From contig OX597835.1 in the NCBI GenBank assembly GCA_951406725.2, positions 31,682,001-31,746,000 on the forward strand: 64,000 nucleotides of DNA, given 5' to 3'. This DNA comes from Octopus vulgaris. Taxonomy: Eukaryota. Under the pieces are notes generated by a model that made no database searches, was not told the origin of the DNA, and worked only from the letters and a program-made list of their open reading frames with translations. The position numbers and the translations under genes are program-made. Below are positions 37,905 through 51,890 of this stretch, in pieces; position 1 is the stretch's first letter, and the number at the start of each line of letters is the position of its first letter.

Positions 37905-38350
37905 GGGTATACATTCGTGCCCCAGGGCCAGGCCGTCGATCAAGAGTTCTACTGCGACGTTTTGAAACGTCTGCGGGAGGACATTCGCAGGAAGCGACCG
38001 AATATGTGGAGCACGAAGAATTGCATTCTTCACTACGACAATGCACTCTGTCAACGAACTCTCCACACTCGTGAGTTTTTGTCCTAAAAGAACATGTTAT
38101 TGCTTCCGCATCCACCCTATTCGCCAAATTGTGCACCTGCGGTCTTCCATCTTTTCTCCAAGATGAAAATGCAGCTCAAAGATCGCCATTTTAGCATCGT
38201 TGTCGAGATGCTGAGCGAATCGCAGAAGGTTGTCGACTCATTTACAGAAAACGACTTCCAAGCCAGATTCCAAAAGTAGCAGGAATGCTGGGACTGGTGT
38301 ACTCCTGCGCAAGGTGACTATGTCGAAGTAGATGATGTTAAAATTTAGGT
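37905..38350 (+). pseudogene. mariner transposase C-terminal fragment
   Basis: FVPQGQAVDQEFYCDVLKRLREDIRRKRP..ILHYDNA..*..LPHPPYSPNCAP..FHLFSKMK..LK. Confidence 0.9.
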
Positions 38351-38374
38351 AAACAAGTTAACTTTTATTAAAGG

Positions 38375-38560
38375 GAAAGTTTACGAAAATAAACAAAAGA
38401 CGAAGGCAGGTGGTGTACAAACAAACAAATGTATTAGTATAGCGTTCAGGAATAGAAAAAGTCTTTTACGTTTCGAGCCTACGCTCTTCGACAGAAAGAT
38501 ACACAGAAAAAAAACAAGGAGAGAAATAAGGAGAGAAAAAAATGCATGTAGTGGCTAACG
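38375..38560 (-). mobile_element. HHR-like element, subfamily H1 (motif 38463-38498)
   Basis: Minus strand: cttt CTGTCGA a gagc gtag gctc GAAA cg TA aaag; homologous to 4105-4280. Confidence 0.72.
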
Positions 38561-38935
38561 ATCTATCATGGCGTCTGACATCAGACAGAAAGGTCAACCG
38601 CGAGAGTGACAGTAGGGGAGATAACAGGGTCAAGTGACTCTCAATAACTACTCCTTGAACTTTGTGATACCAACTCACGCATGTTACTCACTAGCTTCTA
38701 AATTCACTAACCATTTAAATGTATTCATTGTTTTTCCTCCTGTTTCTATTTTGTCTGGGGAGAGTCATTCTCTTCTAGCACCTCGTTAATTCAACACACA
38801 CACTGGTCAGATTTCCACTCATTCACTTATTATTTCTTACTAAAATTTACGTTGCGACTTCCAAACTTTTCAATAGTCATTGATTCTGTCCGTTATCGGA
38901 ATTGCGTTCTTTTTTATACGCATGCGTATACATAC

Positions 38936-38966
<31 letters not shown>

Positions 38967-39834
38967 TGTATGTATGTATGTATGTATGTATGTATGTATG
39001 TTTGCATGTATGCATGTATGTATGTATGTATGTATGTATGTATGTATGTATGTGTATACATGTGTGTGTATGCATACATATATAAGTGTGTGCTCTGCAT
39101 GTATATGTGTACCTCATGTATATATATATATATGTATGCATGTGTACATGATTGTATGTATGTATTCTGTACATCCTGTTTCCTTTTTATCTATATTCAA
39201 CCTGTGTATCAAAGAACACTGTTGCTCAGATGTTGCATGTATAAGCTTGTGCGAATTTATAAACTAAATAAGATTTTTTTTTGACTTTCTACTTTTTTCT
39301 GTATAGGTATATTTTTTCTGCAAAATAGATATATTTTTTTCTGTAAAATAGACATATATATATAATCTAATTGGAAGTTGTCTACAAATCTAATAATGAA
39401 TATTACGAAACAAAGATAAAGCCAGATTGAAATAATCCAAAATTTTCTGGTTTTTTGGGTGTCATTGCATGGTATAGCTGCAACTTCTTTAACAAAGCAG
39501 ACGATGAAAATAAATATATTAACCCTTCCACTTCTCATTGATATACACATTTCCACTTCTCATTGATATTCACATTTTATTCTATATCATGGATTCAAAC
39601 ATTGGCATCAGGATAGCGTAAATCAAACCCAGTCCACGACTAGTACTTTAATTTATCAAACCGAGGGGATGAGAGGCTAAGTCTACCTGAACTGAAAACG
39701 TAAAGAACCGGAGGAAATACCTTGTATAATTTTGTCTGAAATTCGAACGACTTTACCTCTAATGTGGATTTGCAATTTAAAGATGAACATGTGACCTTTT
39801 CATTAAGCCCATGACGTAACTTATAAGTTAATGA

Positions 39835-40132
39835 AGGTGCGTGGCTTTGTGGTTAAGCGTGCTGTGCTCACGATCCTGAGATCGTAGGTTCGATTCCCAG
39901 ACGGGTTGCGCCTTGTGTTCATGAGCAAAGCACTTCATTTCACGTTGCTCCAGGCCTCATTCAGCTGTAAACCGTTCGCTGTGACAGACTAGCCTTCCGG
40001 TCGGAGGGAATGTTGACCTACCCGCCCAACCAGCGGGGTAGCATTATTCGAAACCCCAAATGAGGGAAAATACACTGTAAACAGCGATGTAAAGTAACTT
40101 ACAATAGTCAGGTCGATCACGTGGTCACGTAA
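39835..40132 (+). mobile_element. tRNA-derived SINE, family C-related
   Basis: GGTGCGTGGCTTTGTGGTTAAGCG..GTAGGTTCGATTCCCAG A/B boxes; 3' GGTCGATCACGTG resembles the family C tail. Confidence 0.65.
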
Positions 40133-40271
40133 TAATGTAGTTACGTTTTGCCTCGATGACTAAACTTAGTAGAAAGTATCATACTAAAATTTCAAATTTC
40201 GGGTATGTAGCCTAGGCTAAGCATAAAAGCAACAGCCTTTTCTTTGAGATATTAAAGGAACGGCGCGAGAC

Positions 40272-40845
40272 GAGCGAAATGCTTAGTAGTATTTCGTCTG
40301 GCGCTACGTTCTGAGTTCAAATTCTGCCGAGGTCGACTTTGCCTTTCATCCTTTCGGGGTCGATTAAATAAGTACCAGTTACGCACTTCGGTCGATGTAA
40401 TCGACTTAATCCCTTTGTCTGTCCTTGTTTGTCCTCTCTGTGTTTAGCCCCTTGTGGGTAGTAAAGAAATACGTATTTCGTCTGCCGCAACGTTCTGAGT
40501 TCAAATTCCGCCGCGGTCGACTTTGCCTTTCATCCTTTCGGAGTCGACTACATAAGTACCAGTTACGCACTGGAGTCAATATAACCGACTTAATCCCTTT
40601 GTCTGTCCTTGTTTGTCATCTCTGTGTTTAGCCCCTTGTGAGTAGTAAAGAAATAGGTATTTCGTCTGACGCAACGTTCTGAGTTCAAATTCCGCCGCGG
40701 TCGACTTTGCCTTTCATCCTTTCGGAGTCGACTACATAAGTACCAGTTACGCACTGGAGTATATGTAATCGACCTAATCGGTTTGTCTGTCCTTATTTGT
40801 CCCCTCTATGTTTATCCCCTTGTGGGTAATGAAGAAATAAGAAAC
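40272..40845 (+). mobile_element. Tandem trimer of SINE family B
   Basis: Three consecutive units GTATTTCGTCTG..GTTCTGAGTTCAAATTC..AGCCCCTTGTG.GTA.TAAAGAAAT. Confidence 0.88.
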
Positions 40846-42669
40846 GTTAGCATGCGGGGAAGAAATGCACACTGGGGTCAATCTAAATGACCGGCCCCAC
40901 TCTCCTAAACTTTCGAGCCTTGTGCCTAGAGTAGAAACTAATCGTTAGCACGCTGGACGAAAAGCTTAGAAGTATTTCGCCTGTCGCTATGTTCTGAGTT
41001 CAAATTCCGCCGAGGTCGACTTTGCCTTTCATCCCCCTCGTTGAATTTTCTGACCTTGTGCTTATCGTAGAAATGATTATTACAAAATCTGACTTGTTTC
41101 AAGACTCTTTCCCTTGTCCCACACAATACGTAGGTTTTAATATTGTTCGTGCGTCATACATCGTACCGTTGCTTCTGCAACTTTTGCCACATGGCACATT
41201 CACTTTATCATATCAATCGTGCACGGTAAATTTTGTTTCTGCATCTCTTCTCCTACCACAGAGCGCACGTATACGGTATTACATTAACGGTGCAGCATAG
41301 ACCTTGCTACTGCACCTGCAACTTCTACGACATAGTGTATCTATACGTTATTACAATGTTTGCATACCATACTTGCAGCTGCAGCTTTCACGGTTCAGCA
41401 ATAAGCTAGTTGCAGCCGCTACCGCAGTTCATTTTCCGCTCTGTCGCTTCGACTGCTACTTATAGTCTCGCAACTGCTACTTCTCATAGCAATAGGTAAG
41501 CTACTGGGATAGATATTTGTACACACATACACGTGCGCGCACACAAATATATACAATATATGTGTGTATGTGTGTATGTATATGAGTGTGTATATATATA
41601 TATGTATGTGTGTGTGTGTGGGTGTGTATTCTTTTATCCTTTTATTTGTTTCAGTCATATGACTGCGGCCATGCTGGAGCACATTCTGTAGTCGAAGAGA
41701 TCGACCCAGCACTTATTCTATCGGTCTGTTTTGTCATCCTGCACCAGGTTATGGGGACGTAAACACACCAACATCGGTTGTCAAGCGATGGTGGGGGGAC
41801 AAGACACACAAACATATACATGTATATATATATATTAATATATATATACATACATATATATATATACACACATACTTATATTTGTGTGTATGTATATATA
41901 TATATATATATATATATACATACATACAAATATATATATACATATGTACGTATGTATGTATGTATGTATGTATGTATGTATGTATGTATGTATGTATTGG
42001 CAGCGCATTGTTTCTCAAGGGAGCAGAGGTGGCTGAGAAGACCGATACGAGATAGAAACATATTGTGACATGGAGGGAACGGAAAGTGACCTCGAGCAAC
42101 ACACATAAATGTATGTGTGCGGGCGTTTCTGCGTGTACATACAGTGTGATATGCTGCTGATATTAAATAAAGTGGATATACATTAATAGCATGCAAATTT
42201 GTTGCTCCACTTCTGCGGGATTCTCTAGATTTGATATCCACATTATCAGAATGCGTATTTGTTTTTTTGGGATTGGTCAGACGAGGCATACCTCACACCG
42301 GGGTTATAATAAGGCTCAAAAAAATCGATTAAAAATGTAATTCATTTTTATACTCTACAAAAGGATAGATACAATTGACTTGTTTGAAATTATACCACGT
42401 AGGTTTATCCAAACACACACACACACACACATAGACACACACAGATATGACAATGGTAGACTCTCGTAGTCGGAGTAAGACTCTTCAGGACTATCTTACT
42501 GAATAATCTGCACAAACGATTTGATTCTGGTGATCAAATCGATTAAATCGGTCTGAGATGAATACTTTTATTCAATAACAAATCACATCGACCTGTCCAG
42601 GAACTAAAACCACAATCAATCGATCATGAGAGCAACACACTAACCAGTACTACTAGGCCATGTGTGTAC

Positions 42670-42707
<38 letters not shown>

Positions 42708-42805
42708 ACGCACGCACAAACACGTGTAAATAAGCGATGACATACAAATATCTATGATACACAGATGTTTATATCCTTATATCTATCTATCTATACATGT
42801 ATATC

Positions 42806-43037
42806 TATTTTTTATTGCCCACAAGGGGCTAAACATAGAGGGGACAGACAAGGACAGACAAAGGGATTAAGTCGATTACATCGACCTCCAGTGCGAAACT
42901 GGTACTTTATTTATCGACCCCGAAAAGATGAAAGGCAAAGTTGACCTCGGCGGAATTTGAACTCAGAACGTAATGACAGCCGAAATACCGCTATGCATTT
43001 CGTCCGGCGCGCTAAGGTGTCTGCCAGCTCGCCGCCC
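42806..43037 (-). mobile_element. SINE family B, full length
   Basis: GGGCGGCGAGCTGGCAGAC head through TTAGCCCCTTGTGGGCAATAAAAAAT tail. Confidence 0.88.
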
Positions 43038-43178
43038 ATCTCCCTATACATGTATATCATTAATACTTAGCTGAAGTAACAGTGACTCAGAGTCCGACAG
43101 TTCCGTTCATTTTCACTTATCAAACATTGATAAGAGTTTTATAAGTGCAAACGCACGAAGATCTCAGACTTCAATTCA

Positions 43179-43246
<68 letters not shown>

Positions 43247-43989
43247 GCACACACATACACACACATATATATATATAGCTTATCTACTCCGTTTCTTTTC
43301 TCTTGTATTCTTATACACACACACACACACAAGCATGCCTTATCCACACATTCAAACATGTATATATACGCTAAAGTCTTCTTATATCTTCTTCACTTTA
43401 GGCCGAAGATATCACGACAGATGATTACACTGGAACAATAGCTATTGATTGTAATCTGTTATAAACTACTCTGATCTTATCAAGTTAATGCTGAACATAT
43501 ATCTTACAAAGGTTTCTTCCAACCGTCAGAAAATCGTTGAAACCGACAAAAAGTATAATGAGAAACTAATAGATAATTTCTGTATAAAGCAGTTCTTTCA
43601 TGTAATAATCCTGTTATCATTGTTGACAATAACTTTGTGTGTCCTACTGCTTCAATCCATATCATAACTGGCCACAGAATAATTGTGACTTCGTGATGAA
43701 TCGCCAAAGAACGCGGTTTCGTTTACAGCTCAACGCCCTTAAATGTTACCTCGTAAAGTTGACCGTTGCTGGTGATGGAATTGGCATTGTTGCTGCTGTT
43801 GCCGTTGCTGTTGCTGTTGAGCGAACGGTCTTCGTCCGAGAGCTCGCAAGATGGGAGAAGTCCGAAACGTGGTCCTTTGCTATCCGTAAGACCCGCAGAA
43901 GAGAAAGCAGGTCAACCTCCCACCACCACCGAGAGCATCGACGGATGGATGACTGCGAATCCAGGCTCAGCGGTTGCGTAGGAAGTCGG

Positions 43990-44185
43990 AGTGGAGAAAC
44001 AGGAAGAAAGAGTGAGAGAAAGTTGGAGCGAAAGAGTACAACGGGGGTCGCCACCGCTCCCTGCCGGAGCCTCATGGAACTTTAGGTGTTGTCATCAATA
44101 AACACACACAACGCCCACTTTGGGAATCGAAACCGCGATCCTCCGACCGCGAGTCCGCTGCTCTAAACATTGGGTTATTGCACCT
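43990..44185 (-). mobile_element. SINE family C
   Basis: Matches 24175-24317 (GAAAGAGTGAGAGAAA..GCCGGAGCCTC..GGGAATCGAAACCGCGA). Confidence 0.75.
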
Positions 44186-44384
44186 TCACTGCTGTTGCTG
44201 TTGATGATTGTGCTGTTCTGTTTCGTAGTCTCTGTCTGTGTAGAATTTCAATAATGAGTGTTCCAGCAACGACCAGCCTGTCGTTTTAATAGAGTGGTGC
44301 ATATTGTATGCATACATAAATGTGTATACACATACCGAGTGACGCAGACAGAAGTATATTGATATACTGACAGATGACTATAGG

Positions 44385-44463
<79 letters not shown>

Positions 44464-44668
44464 TTGAGTAGTTGAATGAATTATCTTATCAAGGATAATT
44501 CGAATTAACCGATACATGGGTAGCAAATTCACATCAGAAAAAACACGGTTGAAGTTATGTGCCTAGGGCAAAGATTACGTGTTTTCGTGTAGAAATTTGT
44601 ATGTTTATTTTCAAAATATAAATATATGAAAGAATGGAGCTGAACGATGAATTAACAAAATTCCTTTA

Positions 44669-44751
44669 TTTTCGATATATGTTTCGAAGGCTGCATATTC
44701 CTAATTGCGAAGGAATAAGGAGTACATTATGCCGCTTTCTCATCAGGAAAA
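44669..44751 (-). ncRNA. Type I hammerhead ribozyme (left arm; one stem III mismatch)
   Basis: Minus strand: ttttc CTGATGA gaaagcggcata..tatgcagccttc GAAA catata TC gaaaa. Confidence 0.75.
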
Positions 44752-44883
44752 GCAAGGAACTTATGTCAACATCAAAATGCACAAAAAACTTTTAGATGAT
44801 TGCTCACATGGGGCCCATGTGCTCCATGTGAGCAATCATCTAAAGGTTTTTTGTGCATTTTGATGTTGACATATGTTCCTTGC

Positions 44884-44966
44884 TTTTCCTGATGAGAAAG
44901 CGGCATAATGTACTCCTTATTCCTTCGCAATTAGGAATATGCAGCCTTCGAAACATATGTCGAAAA
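44884..44966 (+). ncRNA. Type I hammerhead ribozyme (right arm)
   Basis: ttttc CTGATGA gaaagcggcata..tatgcagccttc GAAA catatg TC gaaaa. Confidence 0.85.
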
Positions 44967-45003
44967 TAAAGGAATTTTGTTAATTCGTCGTTCAGCTCCA
45001 TTC

Positions 45004-45044
<41 letters not shown>

Positions 45045-45047
<3 letters not shown>

Positions 45048-45250
45048 TTAATCCAAACATGAAAACACAAAGAGAAAACACAACGCAAGGACGTGGAACA
45101 AATATAGTATTATTGGACGCTCAGGAAGGAAGGGAAGAAGGAGGGTTTAACGTTTTGAGTGGAGCTCTTCGTCAGAAACATAGGAAAAGGAGAGATCCAG
45201 AGAAGGGAAGACGGAGGGAAAAAAATCGCCAACTGTATACAGGCGGTCAC

Positions 45251-45252
<2 letters not shown>
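45045..45252 (-). mobile_element. HHR-like element, subfamily H2 (motif 45145-45179)
   Basis: Minus strand: gttt CTGACGA a gagc tcc actc AAAA cg TT aaac; 3' end in (TA)n. Confidence 0.7.
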
Positions 45253-45336
<84 letters not shown>

Positions 45337-45511
45337 ATGTGTGTGTTTGTGTGTGTGTGTTTGTATGTATGTATTTATTTATGTATGTATGTTTGTCTGC
45401 AAGTATGTATGCGTATATATATATATATGTGTGTGCGTATGCATGTATGTGTGTGCGTATATCTATACCTATATATATATATATATATATAAATATATCT
45501 ATATCTATCTA

Positions 45512-45568
<57 letters not shown>

Positions 45569-45607
45569 ACATGTATATTTATATATATATCCATACATGC
45601 ATATATA

Positions 45608-45662
<55 letters not shown>

Positions 45663-45777
45663 GCATACATATATACATACATACATACATACACCTTACA
45701 CATACACACATATTGACTAATATAGAGATTGATAGATAGATAGATAGAAATAAATAAAGCGCGAGAAAGGGAGAGCG

Positions 45778-45837
<60 letters not shown>

Positions 45838-46069
45838 AAATAGATATGTAGATAAATAGATGTTGTCCTTTTAACTTTAAAGAATCAAAAGAATCAAAAT
45901 TAGTGGTAAATCTCAGTTTACATCACAAACATATTTCAGCTTTTAAAATCTTACAATTTTTGCCACACACACATATATAAGTGTGTCAGCTCGCACACTG
46001 TGCATGTGTTACCTTAATATATATATAGTCTTACTTTAATATATACAGTCTTAACTTATATATATATTT

Positions 46070-46278
46070 TTAGTATGTGACCTCGTCTGTATCTCTAGCG
46101 ATTTTTTTCCCCTGTCTTCCCTTCTCGGGATTTTTCCTTCTCCTATGTTTCCGACGAAGAGCTCCGCTCGAAACATCAAACCCTTCTTCTTCCCTTCTTT
46201 CCTGAGCGTCCAATAATACTTTTTTGTTCCACGTCCTTGCGTTGTTGTCTTTTTGTTCTTGTTTCCTTGTTTGGATTA

Positions 46279-46282
<4 letters not shown>
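46070..46282 (+). mobile_element. HHR-like element, subfamily H2 (motif 46147-46181)
   Basis: gttt CCGACGA a gagc tcc gctc GAAA ca TC aaac; 3' end in (TA)n. Confidence 0.7.
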
Positions 46283-46339
<57 letters not shown>

Positions 46340-46489
46340 ATATATATGTATGTGTGTGTGCATGTGTATGTGTGTATGTGTTGTTGTTGTTGTTGAATAT
46401 CATATAAAATGTAAGGAAATTTAGAAATATAACAATGTAATATAAGAAATGTATATCTCGAAAAAACGTTTGATAAAAGTATACATATG

Positions 46490-46568
<79 letters not shown>

Positions 46569-46620
46569 ACATATATTTACACACACACACAGATATATAA
46601 ATAAATAAATAAATAAATAA

Positions 46621-46663
<43 letters not shown>

Positions 46664-46909
46664 TTTCCCGATTTCAAATTAAAGCTGTTGGGCACTTTGA
46701 ATTTGGAGGAGAGTTGTGTTAATTAATTATGATTTTCCTTTTCGTTTAACGTCATTCTTTCATTTTAATTACTGAAAAGAAAATAACATAGTTTTGTTTC
46801 GCTGTAAGAATTGCTTAAAAGTATTTTTTTCCTTTGATTGTTCTTTGAATTTGACTATTTCATTGCATGTGTATTTAATTCTTGTATGCAAGCTGGTGTA
46901 TATACATGA

Positions 46910-47037
<128 letters not shown>

Positions 47038-47587
47038 ATATACAAATACATATGTAAATATATATATATATACATATGCACATGCATATGTATATATATA
47101 TATGTATATATATATGGATGTCTATATATGTGGATGTATGGATGGATGTATGGATGGATGTTTGTGAATTATATTTGAATAATTGTTAGTTCTCATCTAA
47201 TTAATTACTGTACAACATTTGTTGTTTCCCAGATATTAATTAATCGCATGTAACCTTGGCAAACATCACCTTTATGATTTTAAACAACGTAAACACAGTA
47301 GAGCAACCCACAACACACACACACACACACATACAGCCATACATTTACGCATAAACGTATACACATATTTACTTAGGCACACACATATGCATAGTTACAG
47401 ATACACTCAAACAAATATTTACACGTATTTAGTCAACTACATACACACAGACACATACACACACACAATCATGAATTCAAATACAACTGCAAAACAGCTA
47501 TTTTCTCTTATATTTTATATATTAAATATCTATCTACTTATCAAAGAATTTATACATATGTCCTTGTCTTCTTTTATCTCTCATCTC

Positions 47588-47670
<83 letters not shown>

Positions 47671-47673
<3 letters not shown>

Positions 47674-47785
47674 CGCAGGAGTGGCTGTGTGGCAAGTAGC
47701 TTGCTTACCAATCACATGGTTTCGGGTTCATTCTCACTGCATGCCATCTTGGGCAAGTGTCTTCTACTGTAGCCTTGGGCCGACA
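47671..47785 (+). mobile_element. SINE family A, 5' part
   Basis: AGGCGCAGGAGTGGCTGTGTGG..GGGTTCATTCTCACTGC. Confidence 0.8.
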
Positions 47786-47807
47786 CACACACGTATACAT
47801 AGCTATA

Positions 47808-47846
<39 letters not shown>

Positions 47847-48301
47847 GAATAGATAGATACATACCGACAGGCATACACACCTACATACTTACATACATGC
47901 ATACATAAGCACGTATGTACTTGCGTATTTTCATATATACATACATGCATGCATCCATCCATCCATCCATCCATCCATCCATACATATATAAATACATAA
48001 AATATTGATATATGTGAGTCAGAGAGTGCGTATACAAAATCATGCAACCATTTAAGACAAAATTGTGTATATGTCATTGTGCATACACAGGAACACCCAC
48101 TCATACAGAGCTACATAGACACGCTCTCTCACACACTCACACATACACACACACACTCTCACATACACAAACAAAAAGATTCTGTTTTGTACTAATACCG
48201 GAATTTCGTGATCATAATTTTTCTTTATTTCATCGATATCCAATTGTCGAACGGATGTGTTATGGGTCATAAAGAATAAAATGCGTGAGCGCGTGTTTAC
48301 G

Positions 48302-48333
<32 letters not shown>

Positions 48334-48372
48334 AGCACACACATAGTCACATATATACGTATATATATGTAA

Positions 48373-48556
<184 letters not shown>

Positions 48557-49635
48557 CTGAGGATACAATGATACTTTTGATATTCTTTATGTCGACACCA
48601 TCATTTGGTTAGTTTATTATTTAATGGTGTTAGAAGCAAATAAATACTATTTTAAGTCTTCCTATATACTTAATATTCAGTAATCTGTATATCTACAGAC
48701 GATCAGTTTCAGCGTATTGTGTATCTTCAGTGTAGACACTTTGGTTTGCTGTACGAAAAGAAACGGAAGAAGTAGGAAAATAAAGTAGAAGAAATAGAAA
48801 GTAAAGAAGGACGAAAAGAGGAAAAAGAAGAACAAGAACAAGAAGAACAAGAAGAAGATGATGAGAAAAACAAGGAGAAGGAGAATGAGAAGAAAAACAA
48901 CAACAACAGCAACAACAACAAGAAAAAGAAGGAAAAAGATTAAAAAGAAGAAGAAGAAGAAGAAGAAGAAGAAGAAGAAGAAGAAGAAGAAGAAGAAGAA
49001 GAAGAAGAAGAAGAAGATGATAAAGGAGAAGCAGATGAAGGAGAAGAAATCATGCCTAAAAGCGTTTATTGGATTGAGATAAGAAATGTAAGACTTTAGT
49101 TCGAATCAAGTGTACTTTTATGACGGAAGGCAACTAGCGCCAGTCGTAAATCTAAACTGATGGAAATTTACGTAGATAAATGACGAAGAAATGTAAATCT
49201 CCCCTTCATTCCCTTTGCAAAATCGCAATTACTAACTGTTTTTTAGGATAATATTCCAATTTCGTTTCAGGTGTAGTCCCACTGCCCCGCACTTTCGACA
49301 CGTGTTCTCTATCGATAGGCTTGAGGGCATTAATATCTTATGAGGGAATTTAGTAAAAAGAAACGATGCGGAGCCCCTTGTTTATATGAATGTATATATA
49401 TACATACATATTTTCTTTTTTTGCTTTAATCATTTGCCTGCGGCCATGCTGGTGCACCGCCTTTAGTCGAGCACATCGACTCAGGGTCTTATTGTTTGTA
49501 AGCCTAGTACTTACTCTATCGGTTTCTTTTGCCGAACCGCTAGGTTACGCGCAGGTAAACACACCAACATCGGTTATCAAGTGATGGTGGGGGACAAACT
49601 CAGACACATACAGAATTGTATACATACATACATAC

Positions 49636-49669
<34 letters not shown>

Positions 49670-49716
49670 ATGTATATATATATGTATATATGTATATATG
49701 TAAATATATATGTATG

Positions 49717-49763
<47 letters not shown>

Positions 49764-49849
49764 AATAAGCAACAAGAATAACTCCGGTAATTTCATACGA
49801 TCGTTTCGCATTACATCATTTTATTAAATGTTGTAAGTATTACATCAGT

Positions 49850-50300
49850 TTTGAAATGCTGAGCACTCATCAGATATGAACAATTAGATATGAACAAAAG
49901 TGATTGGGAAAATGACGTTCTAGATCGGAACAAGTGGAAAGGTGCTGTGCGGACTGGTTGCAATGCCGAGGAGGAAAAGATGATTCGGCACTCTGAACTT
50001 GAAAGGGCTTGTCGCAAAGGGTCAATTAGAACTGTAATCAAAAGTGAACGTTGGATATGTATTATATGTGACTGTGTTCTGTTGTCAAATGCTGGATACG
50101 TGAATCATATGAAGTAAAATCGTAATGCCAAGACAGATAAGGATCTTGGACACCAACCGCCACTTACAACTTGTGTCATATGTCACAAAACTTGTAAGAC
50201 AATATCTGGACTTACAAGTCATCAACGGAATGATTGTGCTGCATGATGGCGTGTGGTGTGTGTGTTGATGGGGCAGCTATCATCTCTCATGATGAAGCAA
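49850..50300 (+). pseudogene. RTE-like LINE 3' fragment
   Basis: WENDVLDRNKWKGAVRTG..ERACRK..WICIICDCVLLSNAGYVNHMK, followed by a second C..C..H motif. Confidence 0.6.
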
Positions 50301-50334
50301 CCATATATATATATATAAATATATATAATATATA

Positions 50335-50657
50335 TGATTTTATTTATCTAAAAGTCACAATACATGTATTAAAGCGCTACTAATGGTTTCATGTGTTGAG
50401 AGAACTAAGAAATATTCTTAAGGAGCAAATATGTCATAACGAACTAAAGAAATTGAATAATAAAACAAACGCGAAAAAAACGAGAAAGCAGCATATAGTT
50501 CGTTATGAGATGTGGTTTACGCCTGATGAATATGTTAGAGTTCTCTCAAAGTATGAAACTATTAGTAGTGCTTTAATATATGTATTGTGACGTTTAAATA
50601 AATACTATTTATCTCTCACCAGATGGAAAACATTTTTTGTTGAACTTTCTATCACGA

Positions 50658-50665
<8 letters not shown>
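50335..50665. mobile_element. Older foldback element with HHR (intact right arm 50520-50570, decayed left arm)
   Basis: GTCACAATACATGTATTAAAGCGCTACTAATGGTTTCAT mirrors ATGAAACTATTAGTAGTGCTTTAATATATGTATTGTGAC; cgc CTGATGA atat..gtat GAAA ctattag TA gtg; (TA)n flanks. Confidence 0.78.
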
Positions 50666-50741
<76 letters not shown>

Positions 50742-50977
50742 TACCGTCATCTCTGCTTCTTCCTCTTTTGTTATCTATCTAATTAAAGGTACACCAGCAA
50801 AAAACATTGTTATTATATCCATTTTCTCCTCCGATATAACCTATAACTCCGGTTTACCAACCGAACCACCTGCTTCCATACAATCTTACAAATGGCTGTA
50901 CCTACGCATGTAATAGCCAGGTGCAACTCTGGATTTAATTATGCCTTAGAGGTATTAAACCACTCTAAATAATACCT

Positions 50978-51014
<37 letters not shown>

Positions 51015-51454
51015 ATTTATAAATATATATATATATATCCCATACACACGGCACACAATTATACATATATACACACACACACACACTACAAACAAAACAC
51101 ACACACGATACATATACATACACGCACACACACACACACATACTTCTCTGTTCTGACCTGTGGCTGGGACACAAAAAACACCACTCCTTATTCTTAAAAA
51201 CTGGCCAGCTACTAGCCTGTTGTTTGCAGTTAGAACCATACACACATACACACACACGCACTCACACACACACACACACACGTGTCATCATTGCACACAT
51301 ACACACACACGCAGACATCCACGCACGCACAAATCCACACACATTCCCCCTCCCACATTCCTTGTCTTTGACATACTACCATACTGTCTTTGAGAACTCT
51401 TCTGTCTTTGAAAACAACCTTCATCACCCTTTCGACTTCCGGTCTTTCAAAATG

Positions 51455-51660
51455 TGACCCCGTGTGTACCTTTGGCGATTTTTTTCCTCTGTCTTCCCCT
51501 CTCGGGATCTTTCCTTCTCCTATGTTTCCGACGAAGAGCTCCGCTAGAAACGTTAAGCCCTCCTTCTTCCCTTCTTTCCTGAGCGTCCAATAATACTATA
51601 TTTGTTCCACGTCCTCGCGTTGTTGTGTTTTTTTGTGTTTTTTTAACTATTTATATATAT

Positions 51661-51716
<56 letters not shown>

Positions 51717-51890
51717 ATCCAAACATGAAAACACAACAACGCGAGGGCGTGGAAGAAGTATAGTGTTATTGGACGCTCAGGAAAGAAGGAGAGAAGGAGG
51801 GTTTAACGTTTTGAGCGGAAATGTAGGAAAGATCCAAAGAAGAGAAGACGGAGGAAACGAATCGCCAACGGTACACACGCGGTCACATAT
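51455..51890. mobile_element. Two H2 elements tail-to-tail across a (TA)n tract (51455-51650 plus, 51712-51890 minus)
   Basis: Plus copy: gttt CCGACGA a gagc tcc gcta GAAA cg TT aagc (51524-51558). The minus copy has the core deleted. Confidence 0.7.

Larger units (their letters stand above)
44460..45013. mobile_element. Foldback element: spacer-less ~196-bp inverted arms (44622-45013, centre 44817/44818), one HHR per arm
   Basis: GATGATTGCTCACATGGGGCCCA|TGTGCTCCATGTGAGCAATCATC; arms near-identical; (TA)n on both sides; unpaired extension 44460-44620. Confidence 0.9.
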
